IMG/VR virus record: IMGVR_UViG_3300044816_000060
Span: 2,080-66,079 of that record
Reading direction: 5' to 3' (one strand)
Source: a virus
Taxonomy: Duplodnaviria > Caudoviricetes
Length of the DNA stretch: 64,000 nucleotides
A program made the translations under genes and the position numbers. Positions within the stretch are counted from its first letter, which is position 1; the number at the start of each line of letters is the position of its first letter. The notes below the pieces were generated by a model. It was not told the DNA's origin. It made no database searches and worked only from the letters and a program-made list of their open reading frames with translations. This document shows, piece by piece, positions 55,375 to 64,000 of the stretch.

Positions 55375-58300
55375 CTACGGTGTGGACACGGTCAGCGAGT
55401 CGGTCAGCTTCGGGCTGGTCAGCGACGACTCGTAGCCCCGGTAGGTGACCGTGATCGCGCTACCCGAGTCGACGAACGTCATGATCGCCACCTGCTGGTG
55501 CTTGTTGACCTGGTCCTCGTTGGCGTTGGACGGCCACGTCGCCGAGTAGCCGGAGCCGCCCGCCTTGACCTTGGTGTTGTTGTACAGCGGCGCCGACTGC
55601 CAGCACCGGTCGTAGCCGTACTGGTCGTGCCCGTAGGCCAAGCTGTGGGTGTCGCCGTTGCAGTAGATAACTTTCGCCTTGGAGGCGTTGACCGAGTTGG
55701 CCAGCTCGCCGCGCTCGGCGCTGTAGCCGCGCCACTCGTCCTGCAGATCCTCGGCCGGGCCGGGGATCTGCCCGTCACCGAAAACCACGATCAGCGGCTC
55801 GGTCGAGGTGGCCAGCAGGTTCTTGTACCAGGACTTCTGTGTGGAGCCCAGCATGGTGCGCGAGGACGAGCTGGCAGTGCCCAGTGTCGACTTGAACGTC
55901 AACATGTCGAGCAGGATGAACCGGATCCGCCCTACCACCCAGGTGCGGTAGATGCCTTTCGTCGGCAACGCCACCCCACCCGGTGAGGTTCCGAACTTGG
56001 TGCGATAGGCGGCGTTGGCGTTGGTGGTGCGGGTCGCATTGTCGAGCCCGGTCGAGTTGTTCTCATATCCGAAGTCGTGATCCGACCAGCTGACCACCTG
56101 CTCATTGGGTAGTGCGTCCAGCAGCGCCGCGTAGGCGGTGGTGGTGAACTTTTCCGACCAGTCCGACACCCAGTTCGGGGTGCTGCCGTCCTTGTACCAG
56201 CAGTCGCCGAGCATCACCCACCAGTCCGGTTTGGCCGAGGCCAGGGTGGACAGGATCGGGGCTGTGGTGTTGTTGATGCACGCGCCGAACGCCACGGTGA
56301 AGTTCAGCGCCGAGCTGCCGCCGCCGGTGCCGACGTAGTCGGAGTCGAACACCGGCGCCGGGTAGCCGGGGTGGGACATGCCCAGCTTGTAGAACTCCCC
56401 GGCCGCGTAGTCCGAACTGGACTCGCCGCTGGTGCTTTGGGGGTAGACGCCGACCTTGAAGTAGCAGTTCCCGGAGTGTGTCACCGAGAACGAGGTGGTG
56501 GCCGAGCCGGTGAACGTCGGGTCGGTGCCGGCGTGGTACCAGAGGCTTACTGTGTTGCCGACCATCTGGACACGGACGGTGACCCAGTCGCCTTGCGTGT
56601 AGTCGGCCAGCGCGGTGAAGCTGCCCCCGTTTTTGTTGTAGCCGATCTTGAGTGTCCCGCTGACCACCTCGGTCTTGACCTGAAGGACGTCGTCAGCGGT
56701 GTCGTGGATCTGCATGCCGGAGCAGCGTCTCGCGTTGCTCGGCAGATGCGTGAACCGGAACGTCGCCTGCGACCAATGCGTCCCCGAGGAGGGGTCCCAT
56801 CCGTTGTTGCTGGTGCCGTTGCTATCCATCTCGCGGTACTCGGTGCGCGGGTTCGAGCTGCCGGAGGTGGTGGGGGCGTTGAGGTTGACCCGCATCTGCA
56901 CGGCCGTCTGGTCGGCGGTCATGCAGTATTCGGGGCTGTCGGCGTAGCCGGAGCCGATCTCGGCTTGCGACTTCTCCACGATGGATCCGTCACCGGTGAA
57001 CGCGGTCTGGATCTTGTAGTGGTTCAGGTTCCCGTTGGTGCCGATCTTGTGGCACTGGCCGGGTGTCGTGTAGGTGCGCCGCACCCCCGACCCGCCACCG
57101 GACCCACCACCGGACCCACCACCGGCACCGCCGCCGGTATCCCCATCCAGGCCGCCCACATTCCCGCCCGGCGTGGAGGCGTCCAGCTCCCTGCGACGGG
57201 CCGTGACGTGCATCGGAACGTCCGCACCCAAGTCGAGGTCGAACGCATCCAGCAGATACCGCCCGGACAGACCAGCCACCGACCGGTCAGCGCCGACGAC
57301 GTCGCCCTCCTCCAGGTGCGACGCCGGCACCACATCCAGCTCGACAACCTCCAAGGAGCCTTTCCGCTCCAACGCGATACCGCGCGCCAACATCACCGCG
57401 CTGGCCTCATCGGCCAGCTTCGAGGTGGCCCGGTAGGTGCGCTGACCGGCCGGCCCCTGGTAGTAGTCCGGATCCAGTGGGTCGTCGTTGATGACGACCG
57501 CCGAGATCGGCGCGGTGTTCGCCGAGCTCTCCGACTCGATCACGATGTAGTTGGCCGACCCAGCGGCTGTCAACCGGCGGGTCAGCGCGGTGATGGTGGG
57601 GCGGGCCCGGTCGGTGAACGTGTGCACGATCGGGTCGAGCTCGACGTCCGGGGGTGACTGCATCCGGAAGTAGCCCCGGACGTTGACGAACAGCTCCATC
57701 CCGGCGACGGAGGCGACGAGGCGGGCGTCCTCCCACGGGTTGTTCTGCGCGTTCGCGCCCAGCGTCAAGGTGGCGGGCGCGACCATCTCGGTGGACTCGA
57801 AATCCAGTAGGGCACCCGGATACCTGTTTTTGATGATCTGCGCGACCACGTCACCAAGGTTGGTGTCCTTGGGGAAGGTGTAGATCTTCTCCCACGTGTT
57901 GTCGGCGAGCTTCTGCGCCAGGTCGGAGGCGTCGATCCGCAGTTCCAGGCCGCGCTTCGACTCCGACACCTGGGTGTCGGTGATCTCGAAAACTCCGCAC
58001 GGAACCGTTTCGTAGCGGACGATGTTCTGGTCGACCAGCGGGCGCAGGTTGTTGATGACCGGGGCGGGGTCCAGCCCGGTGGGTCGGGTCATGGAGAACT
58101 GGGTGAGGACGGCCCGCACCCCACGGGTGCGGGCCGCCAACCGGGGGATCGGTCCGCCGTTGGTGGCGACCTGGTAGGTGGCGCCGTTGTCGACCGACGT
58201 CCGCACCACCAGCGTTGCCCCGGCGGGAACCGTCTCGTCCCACGTCGTTACCGAACCGAGGGCCGGTCCGTCTTCGAGCGGGAACGACGGGCCCTGCCAC

Positions 58301-58455
58301 GTGCCCGCCACCGGCAGCCTGCCCACAACCAGGTTCCCGGTCGGCGTGGACGAGCCGCTCAGGGCACCCGTGTAGGCCGGGGGCCGGTTGGTGAGGGTAG
58401 CCGAGCGTCGCCGCTGGACCGGCCAGGGTTGCGGCCGGAACACCCCGTAGCTCAT
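55375..58455 (-). CDS. tail hub C-terminal part fused to PL7-like lyase and PhoD-like phosphoesterase
   Basis: ETVP.GVF.I...HLE.GDVV; Gly linker; PRTEYREM, QIHD, YFKVGVY.Q; LGD.WY.D, DHDF, TMLG.TQK.W, GDTH. Confidence 0.85.
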   Translation of the reverse strand: MSYGVFRPQPWPVQRRRSATLTNRPPAYTGALSGSSTPTGNLVVGRLPVAGTWQGPSFPLEDGPALGSVTTWDETVPAGATLVVRTSVDNGATYQVATNGGPIPRLAARTRGVRAVLTQFSMTRPTGLDPAPVINNLRPLVDQNIVRYETVPCGVFEITDTQVSESKRGLELRIDASDLAQKLADNTWEKIYTFPKDTNLGDVVAQIIKNRYPGALLDFESTEMVAPATLTLGANAQNNPWEDARLVASVAGMELFVNVRGYFRMQSPPDVELDPIVHTFTDRARPTITALTRRLTAAGSANYIVIESESSANTAPISAVVINDDPLDPDYYQGPAGQRTYRATSKLADEASAVMLARGIALERKGSLEVVELDVVPASHLEEGDVVGADRSVAGLSGRYLLDAFDLDLGADVPMHVTARRRELDASTPGGNVGGLDGDTGGGAGGGSGGGSGGGSGVRRTYTTPGQCHKIGTNGNLNHYKIQTAFTGDGSIVEKSQAEIGSGYADSPEYCMTADQTAVQMRVNLNAPTTSGSSNPRTEYREMDSNGTSNNGWDPSSGTHWSQATFRFTHLPSNARRCSGMQIHDTADDVLQVKTEVVSGTLKIGYNKNGGSFTALADYTQGDWVTVRVQMVGNTVSLWYHAGTDPTFTGSATTSFSVTHSGNCYFKVGVYPQSTSGESSSDYAAGEFYKLGMSHPGYPAPVFDSDYVGTGGGSSALNFTVAFGACINNTTAPILSTLASAKPDWWVMLGDCWYKDGSTPNWVSDWSEKFTTTAYAALLDALPNEQVVSWSDHDFGYENNSTGLDNATRTTNANAAYRTKFGTSPGGVALPTKGIYRTWVVGRIRFILLDMLTFKSTLGTASSSSRTMLGSTQKSWYKNLLATSTEPLIVVFGDGQIPGPAEDLQDEWRGYSAERGELANSVNASKAKVIYCNGDTHSLAYGHDQYGYDRCWQSAPLYNNTKVKAGGSGYSATWPSNANEDQVNKHQQVAIMTFVDSGSAITVTYRGYESSLTSPKLTDSLTVSTP

Positions 58456-58461
58456 GAGCGG

Positions 58462-58914
58462 CTAGGCGAGTTCGCGCAGCGTGAACCCGAAACGCCAGGA
58501 GGCCGAGGTGGGCGCGGTGACGAACTTCAGTGCGATGATCCCGGACCCGGGCACGACCGGGCGCTCCTCCGGGGTCGGGATGTAGAGGAACCCGTTGAGC
58601 GAGTTGATGCCCTCGCTGTAGAGGATGTCACCGTCAGTGCCCTCGGCGGTGGCGATGTGTTTGACGGTGAACGACGCCGCCGTGTCCCCGCCGCCGCCGA
58701 TCTCCACCGCGGCCGGAGGGGTTGCGGTGCCGGTGATGGTGGCGGTCTTGCGCAGGACGGCGACCTCGCACTGTGCCGACGTCGTCACCGACACTTGCGT
58801 GGCCCAAGCCCGCATGATCTCCAGCGGCTGGCCGGATGCCGCGGTCAGCTCCAGGACGGTGATCGCGGTGGACACCGTCGCCTTGTCCATGATCGAGTAT
58901 GGGCGTCCCAGCAT
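58462..58914 (-). CDS. putative virion structural protein
   Basis: GFLYIPTPEERP motif; in tail cluster. Confidence 0.65.
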   Translation of the reverse strand: MLGRPYSIMDKATVSTAITVLELTAASGQPLEIMRAWATQVSVTTSAQCEVAVLRKTATITGTATPPAAVEIGGGGDTAASFTVKHIATAEGTDGDILYSEGINSLNGFLYIPTPEERPVVPGSGIIALKFVTAPTSASWRFGFTLRELA

Positions 58915-58915
58915 G

Positions 58916-59626
58916 TCAGCTCCCAGGGGTGGCGGTGTACTCCCAGGCGGGGGTGAGCCCAGCGCCCGAGGCGAGGTTTTCGGCGGCAAACACCGACCGG
59001 TCCAGCAACGTCCCCGTGCCGGAAGTGGCGGTGGAGAACACGCCGTGCTCGGTGACGGCGACCGAGGCGTCGACCAGAATCGAGGCCGTGCTGCGGTAGA
59101 TGTTCGCCGACGCCCCCTCGCCCTGTGTCCCGGTCGCCCGCGTGTTGTCGGTGGTGTACGCGGTGGTCAACTCGGCCTGCAGCGCGGTGTCTGAGGGGGA
59201 CTCGCCGTTGGTTCCGGTGCCGAGCGCGTGGTAGCGGAAGTTGCCCAGCGTGGCGAGGCCCTGGAAGGCGTCGACCTGGTAGTTCATGCCCGCCGCGGTG
59301 ATGAGCCGCAGGCTGGCCAGGCCGAGGTCGATCTCCTCACCCTCGACGGTCGTCTTCCGCAGCCACAGGGCCCCGTAGACGGTGGGCAGGCCCAGTGCCC
59401 GCGCGGTCAGTACCCGCCGGGCACCCCGCCACAGGTGGGGGATGTTGCGGCGTCGCCAGTCGGTAACCTCCGGCGCCAGACCCCGGCGTGGCAGGCCGTG
59501 GCGGACCATCTCCGTCAGGGACGGGTCGGACGCCTTGACGAGCAGCTCGCCCGCGTCCAGCGCGCGCAGCCGTCGGAACTCGCGCTCCAGACCGGGGACA
59601 CCTGACAGCAACGACGACGCAGCCAT
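58916..59626 (-). CDS. putative tail protein
   Basis: ITAAG.NY; YHALGTG...DTAL..E; VTEHGVF...GTLLDRSVF. Confidence 0.7.
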   Translation of the reverse strand: MAASSLLSGVPGLEREFRRLRALDAGELLVKASDPSLTEMVRHGLPRRGLAPEVTDWRRRNIPHLWRGARRVLTARALGLPTVYGALWLRKTTVEGEEIDLGLASLRLITAAGMNYQVDAFQGLATLGNFRYHALGTGTNGESPSDTALQAELTTAYTTDNTRATGTQGEGASANIYRSTASILVDASVAVTEHGVFSTATSGTGTLLDRSVFAAENLASGAGLTPAWEYTATPGS

Positions 59627-59642
59627 GTAGGTCAGCTCCTGC

Positions 59643-60020
59643 TCAGCCGAGAGTGAGGCCGCCGTCGGGGGTGACGACCAGGTTGGTCAGCGTGCCCTCG
59701 CCCCAGGTGTCGGCACTGTTGTAGAGCCGCGTCGTCGTACCCGGCTCCCTGATCGCCACACCCCGGTAGGGGCGCAGCAGCGTGCCGACGGTGGGCTGGA
59801 ACAGGTCGGCGCCACCTTTCGGCACCCACCTGTGTTTCCGGTCGGGCAGCGAGATCGACAGGGTGCGACGGATCGACGCCGACCGGTCCACCCGCACCGA
59901 CCCGGAGGTGATCGGCAACTTGGCCGCCACAATCCGGCCGTCGTACTCGGCGTCGACCCACGCCACCATCTGGTGCGGGCCGCCCACCAGCCACCTGAAC
60001 ATGGCACTGACGGGGATCAC
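59643..60020 (-). CDS. DUF5047-like tail hub protein, N-terminal part
   Basis: PVSA.F...ITSGSV.VDRSASIRRT...LRPYRGV then stop. Confidence 0.75.
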   Translation of the reverse strand: MIPVSAMFRWLVGGPHQMVAWVDAEYDGRIVAAKLPITSGSVRVDRSASIRRTLSISLPDRKHRWVPKGGADLFQPTVGTLLRPYRGVAIREPGTTTRLYNSADTWGEGTLTNLVVTPDGGLTLG

Positions 60021-61687
60021 GACGGCCTCCCGGGATCGGTGGGGGCATCCACCTCGAAGTACGGCACCGACGCGACCCGGAACGACTCGCCGGTGCCGCC
60101 GTCGGTGCGCCACTCCCAGGAGACCGGCCGACCGAACATGATCCAATGCTGTTCGCCTGTCGGGAACTGCCACAGCACCTCGCCGCCGAACTCGTACAGG
60201 GCGGCGAACTTGCGCCACTGCTCGCCCTCCGGGTCGTAGTCGAGCAGCTCCATCTCGCCCTCGATACCCGCCAGGGACCCGTTCACCACAACCTTGTAGG
60301 CGCGGTCGCCGTCAGCGGTGAGCACATCGAACACGCCCTGCTGGCCATCCCAGGACGGGGAATCCCCCATCACCCCCGCCGTCTGGTTCAGCGACGGCGC
60401 GCCGGGGCATTTGAACTGGAACTCCAGCTGGTTCGGGGTGGCCATGGCCGGCGGGTCGGAAAAGTCGGACGCCACCTTGACGGTGCCGAGGGTGGTGTAC
60501 GCCGCGACCCTGTACAAGCGGGCCTGGTTGAGCGGGGCCTGGTAGTCGATGACGGACGCCAACCCGGCGCTGTCGGCCTGGACTTGCCAGCCACCCCAAA
60601 CCACGTCGTAGGTGACGCCGCCGTTGTCGGAGGCGTACACGGTGTAGGTCTCGGTGGGCGGGTCGGTGAGCGGGTCCACGACACCGGCGACAATGTCGAG
60701 GCGCACCCAGTTGGTGACGCCGTTGGGGGTCGCGGTGAGCGTCGGGGTGGGCGGGCCCGGTACGTCCTGGGTCCAGGCGTAGGACACCCACGCGGAGGCG
60801 TGTTCGGCGCTGACCAGCCACTGCTGCCGAACCTGCGCGTACACGGTGTAGTCGCCGTTGGGTAGGTCGGGGGCCTGCCACTGGGTGCCCGCCCCCACCA
60901 TCCAGCCGCCCACACCCGGGGAAGCCGCGACCGGGACGGTGGTGTCGACGTTGAACCCGACGGCGGCGACCTGGGCGGCGGTGAAGACCCGCATCCTCAG
61001 CGCGTCCTGCGGGTCGTCCTCGGTGTCGCCGTACACAATTTTGATGAGCGGCCGGGTGGTGTCGGTGACCAGGTCCCCGGCGAACGGTGTGACGGTGACG
61101 GTGGGCCGCTCGTTGTACTCGATGTCGACGTACAGCTCGCTGACCTTCGACAGCTGCCCGGACAGGTCGAGGCGGCCCAGCTTCCAGGTGGCCCCGTTCA
61201 GTGCCGCCAGGGTCCACTCGCCACCGGAGGGCCGTTCCGTCCAGGACCGGACGGTGACGGTCTGCCACGTCGCCGACCCGCCACCGGGCGGGATCGGGTT
61301 GGGGAAGGTGACCAGGTAGCGGAACAGCTTCGCCAGGTTGTCACCCAGATCCCCGGGAACCGCCTCGTCCACAATCTCGGACACCTGGACGAAGAACCGC
61401 ACCACATCGGACAGGAACGAGCTGCCCGCCGCCGGGGCGAGCTGCAGCAGCCGTACCTTCAGCGAGACTTGCCTGATTTTCGCTGTGGCTGGGATGTCCG
61501 ACGTGGTGAGGTCGGCGATGTCGACGTTCAACACCCGGTTGTCGAGCAGGATCTTCGCTGTCGTCGACAGGTAGGTGGTGTCGACGTTGTCCGACAGGAT
61601 CGCGTGCGCCGTCGACCCGGACGACGGGGTGAGCGACCAGGCGCCCACCTGGATGGTGGAGGTGGGGCGCCGTGTGATCGTCGGCAT
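60017..61687 (-). CDS. distal-tail-like minor tail protein
   Basis: Immediately after tape measure; FN3-like regions; DY.APLN...YRV. Confidence 0.75.
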   Translation of the reverse strand: MPTITRRPTSTIQVGAWSLTPSSGSTAHAILSDNVDTTYLSTTAKILLDNRVLNVDIADLTTSDIPATAKIRQVSLKVRLLQLAPAAGSSFLSDVVRFFVQVSEIVDEAVPGDLGDNLAKLFRYLVTFPNPIPPGGGSATWQTVTVRSWTERPSGGEWTLAALNGATWKLGRLDLSGQLSKVSELYVDIEYNERPTVTVTPFAGDLVTDTTRPLIKIVYGDTEDDPQDALRMRVFTAAQVAAVGFNVDTTVPVAASPGVGGWMVGAGTQWQAPDLPNGDYTVYAQVRQQWLVSAEHASAWVSYAWTQDVPGPPTPTLTATPNGVTNWVRLDIVAGVVDPLTDPPTETYTVYASDNGGVTYDVVWGGWQVQADSAGLASVIDYQAPLNQARLYRVAAYTTLGTVKVASDFSDPPAMATPNQLEFQFKCPGAPSLNQTAGVMGDSPSWDGQQGVFDVLTADGDRAYKVVVNGSLAGIEGEMELLDYDPEGEQWRKFAALYEFGGEVLWQFPTGEQHWIMFGRPVSWEWRTDGGTGESFRVASVPYFEVDAPTDPGRPS

Positions 61688-61690
61688 CGG

Positions 61691-64000
61691 CTACCCGGCC
61701 TTCATACGCTGGCGGAGGTTTCGGGTCTCGGACGCGGTGACCCGTTTCACCGACTGCTCCACCACGTCCCCGTCGAGGACGGTGGTGTGGGAGAACGCGA
61801 TCACGGGGCTGTTGGTGAAGTCGCCGGCGGAGGCGAACACCGCCGAGGACAGCCGCGCCCCCAGATCACCCGCGAACGAGCCGCTGCTGAACGTGGAGGC
61901 ATCCATCACGGCCAGGGCGTCCCGGACCACTTTCTCGGCGGCGGCAACCACGTCGGCGCCGCCGGTCAGCAGGCCGACCTCGATGCCCTGGCTCATTCCC
62001 CGACCGGTCGGCATGGTCAGCCTCGACGGCGACTTGACCTGGGCCGCGTTGTTGGCGGCGGCCGCGGCGTCCCTCACGACCTTCACAGCAGCCGCGGTGA
62101 CCGCCGACCCGCCGTTGGCGATGCCCCGGGCCAGGCCGGCGCTGATCTGCTCCCCGACCGGGACCAGGATGTTGACGTCGATCGCCGACTTCATCTGCTC
62201 GCCGACCTGCTTGAGCGCCTCAACCGCCTTCGCGCCGCCGTCGGTAACGGCCTGGACGAACTTGGCCATCGCGTCGGTGATGACCTGCACCACCTGGTTA
62301 CCGCTGTCGGTGGCCACCTGGACGAGCTGCGTAAAACCGGTGCCGGCGGCGGCGTTGGCCTGCGCCATACCGGCGGTGACAGCCGCGACCACCTGAGCGA
62401 ACCCGGCGGTCACAGCGGCCGCGACCGCGACCATGCCGGGTGTGACCGCCGTGGCGCCAAGAGCGGCGAAACCCGTGGTGAACGCCGGACCGACCAGCGT
62501 GGTCAGGCCGGTGGTGACGGCCAGACCGATCGCGGTCATCCCGGCGGTGATGTTGGTGGTCGACAGCAGCAGGAACGCCGCGTCCAGGATCGGGCCGAGC
62601 GTGGCGAACCCGAGGGTGAACGCGGGCCCGAGCAGGGTGGCGAAGCCGGTGGTGATGGCCGTACCCATCGCGGTGAGCCCGGCGGTGATGTTTGTCGTGG
62701 ACAGCAGCAGAAACGCCTGGTCGAGGATCGGGCCCAAGGTTTGGAAGCCGAGGGTGAACGCCGGACCGACCAGCGTGGTCAGGCCGGTGGTGATCGCTGT
62801 GCCCATCGCCGTCAGGGCGAGCGGGATGTTCGCGGTGTTCAGCGCAAGGAACGCGGTGTCGATCAGCGGGCCCAACGCCGCGAAACCGGTCTGGAACGCC
62901 GTACCCAAACCGGGGATGGCGGCGTTGGCGGCATCGGCCATGGCCTGTGTGGCGGTGGTGACACTGACCGGCAACGGAGCCAGGCTGGTGTCAACCTGAG
63001 GCCCAAGAAGACCAAGCTCCTGCTGCATGATCGGGCTTAGTTGCCGCATACCGGTACCGAAGCCCGCGACCATGGTCCCGCCGGGGCCGAGGACGCGCTG
63101 AACCTGCGCATCGGCCGCGTTCAGTTGTTTCGCGGTCACCTGGGGCAGGTTGGCGAACCCCTGCTCAAACGCGGCGCTCGACTGGTCCGCCGCAACCCGA
63201 ACCGTGTTGATCAGCGGGTTCAGCCCGCCCTGCGCCGCCGGGGTGATCGCCGCGAAACCGGCCAACGCGAGACCAGGCAGCGGCGCCAGACCAGTCTTGA
63301 GGGCGTTCTGCGCGCCCAGCATCGAGCCGTTGAGGATGGGGGTGAGCCCCTCAAAGGACTTCGCCACTACCTCTGGCGCAAGAGGCGCGGAAGGCTTCTC
63401 GTTCACCTTGTCCAAGAAGCGCTGCTGGGCATCAGTTGTGAGGCCCAGCTTGTCACTCAATTGACCAAGCTGGGAACCAAGGTCGACGAACGCCGACCCG
63501 GTGCCGAGGGCGGTGAGGTCCCGGGCGAAATCACCAACGTCTTTGCCTGCGGCGGCGAACTCTTTGGCCATCAACTGCAGTGAACCGACCAGGAGCGGAG
63601 TCGCGTCAGCGAACCCCTGCATACCAGCCTTGAACTCGGGGCTGTTCAACTCGGCCCCAAGACCTTCAAAAGACGTGGTGATCTTTTCGACGGTCGCGGG
63701 CGGAATCGAACTCAGCGAATCCCCGAGACCCCGCAAGGCACTACCAGCGGCGGCACCGAGCCGGGTCCAGTTGAACTTGCTGAAGAACGAGCCAATACCG
63801 TCGATCGCGGTCTGAGCGCCCGGGGCGGCGGCGGCGAACAGCTCGATCCCGTTGTTGACCAGCCCGGTGAACGCCGTCTCCAACGACCCGACGACACCGC
63901 TCAAACCCTGGAACGCCTTCTCCAAGCTCGGGTTCAGCGAAATCGACTTCAACGCTTCGCCGGCCCCGTTGACCGCTGTCGTCAACACGTTCATCGCGCC
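61691..64000 (-). CDS. tape measure protein (5' part outside window)
   Basis: Long Ala/Gly-rich amphipathic ORF; VKSPSRL motif. Confidence 0.9.
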   Translation of the reverse strand, partial: GAMNVLTTAVNGAGEALKSISLNPSLEKAFQGLSGVVGSLETAFTGLVNNGIELFAAAAPGAQTAIDGIGSFFSKFNWTRLGAAAGSALRGLGDSLSSIPPATVEKITTSFEGLGAELNSPEFKAGMQGFADATPLLVGSLQLMAKEFAAAGKDVGDFARDLTALGTGSAFVDLGSQLGQLSDKLGLTTDAQQRFLDKVNEKPSAPLAPEVVAKSFEGLTPILNGSMLGAQNALKTGLAPLPGLALAGFAAITPAAQGGLNPLINTVRVAADQSSAAFEQGFANLPQVTAKQLNAADAQVQRVLGPGGTMVAGFGTGMRQLSPIMQQELGLLGPQVDTSLAPLPVSVTTATQAMADAANAAIPGLGTAFQTGFAALGPLIDTAFLALNTANIPLALTAMGTAITTGLTTLVGPAFTLGFQTLGPILDQAFLLLSTTNITAGLTAMGTAITTGFATLLGPAFTLGFATLGPILDAAFLLLSTTNITAGMTAIGLAVTTGLTTLVGPAFTTGFAALGATAVTPGMVAVAAAVTAGFAQVVAAVTAGMAQANAAAGTGFTQLVQVATDSGNQVVQVITDAMAKFVQAVTDGGAKAVEALKQVGEQMKSAIDVNILVPVGEQISAGLARGIANGGSAVTAAAVKVVRDAAAAANNAAQVKSPSRLTMPTGRGMSQGIEVGLLTGGADVVAAAEKVVRDALAVMDASTFSSGSFAGDLGARLSSAVFASAGDFTNSPVIAFSHTTVLDGDVVEQSVKRVTASETRNLRQRMKAG
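62465..62885. repeat. 46-aa (138-bp) repeats in tape measure, about 3 copies
   Basis: ITTG.TTL.GPAFTLGF.TLGPILD.AFLLLSTTNITAG.TA.G.A. Confidence 0.8.

Noticed and set aside
57085-57140. 12-bp repeats as a regulatory element
   Set aside because: They encode the GGGS interdomain linker.

Overview
The window is almost a whole genome of a high-GC, temperate, siphovirus-type actinobacteriophage, and I recognise no host chromosomal genes. It starts inside the tail assembly chaperone and ends inside the tape measure gene. An intact attP (tRNA-Asn-like core flanked by arm repeats) sits in the middle, so this looks like a circularly permuted, non-integrated form. The minus strand carries the head/tail genes (1-9.6 kb), the early/replication genes (10-32 kb) and the tail-tip/lysis genes (40.8-64 kb). 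The plus strand carries repressor-integrase-attP followed by a plasmid/AICE-like block: a DUF2637-like membrane protein, an FtsK/TraB translocase, a dif-like site, a second Xer-like recombinase and a lipoprotein nuclease. Most notable: (1) two HNH genes that begin with a copy of the N-terminus of their downstream neighbour, which carries a diverged replacement 5' end; (2) a covarying structured element upstream of two unrelated HNH genes; (3) an orphan tnpB 3' end/omega-RNA-sized relic between structural genes; (4) the TraB-dif-Xer module plus an SsgA-like protein, hinting at spread within the mycelium; (5) two independent PL7-lyase/phosphatase fusions and a split tail hub gene; (6) a class 3 intein. 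All family calls come from motifs recognised by eye, without database searches.
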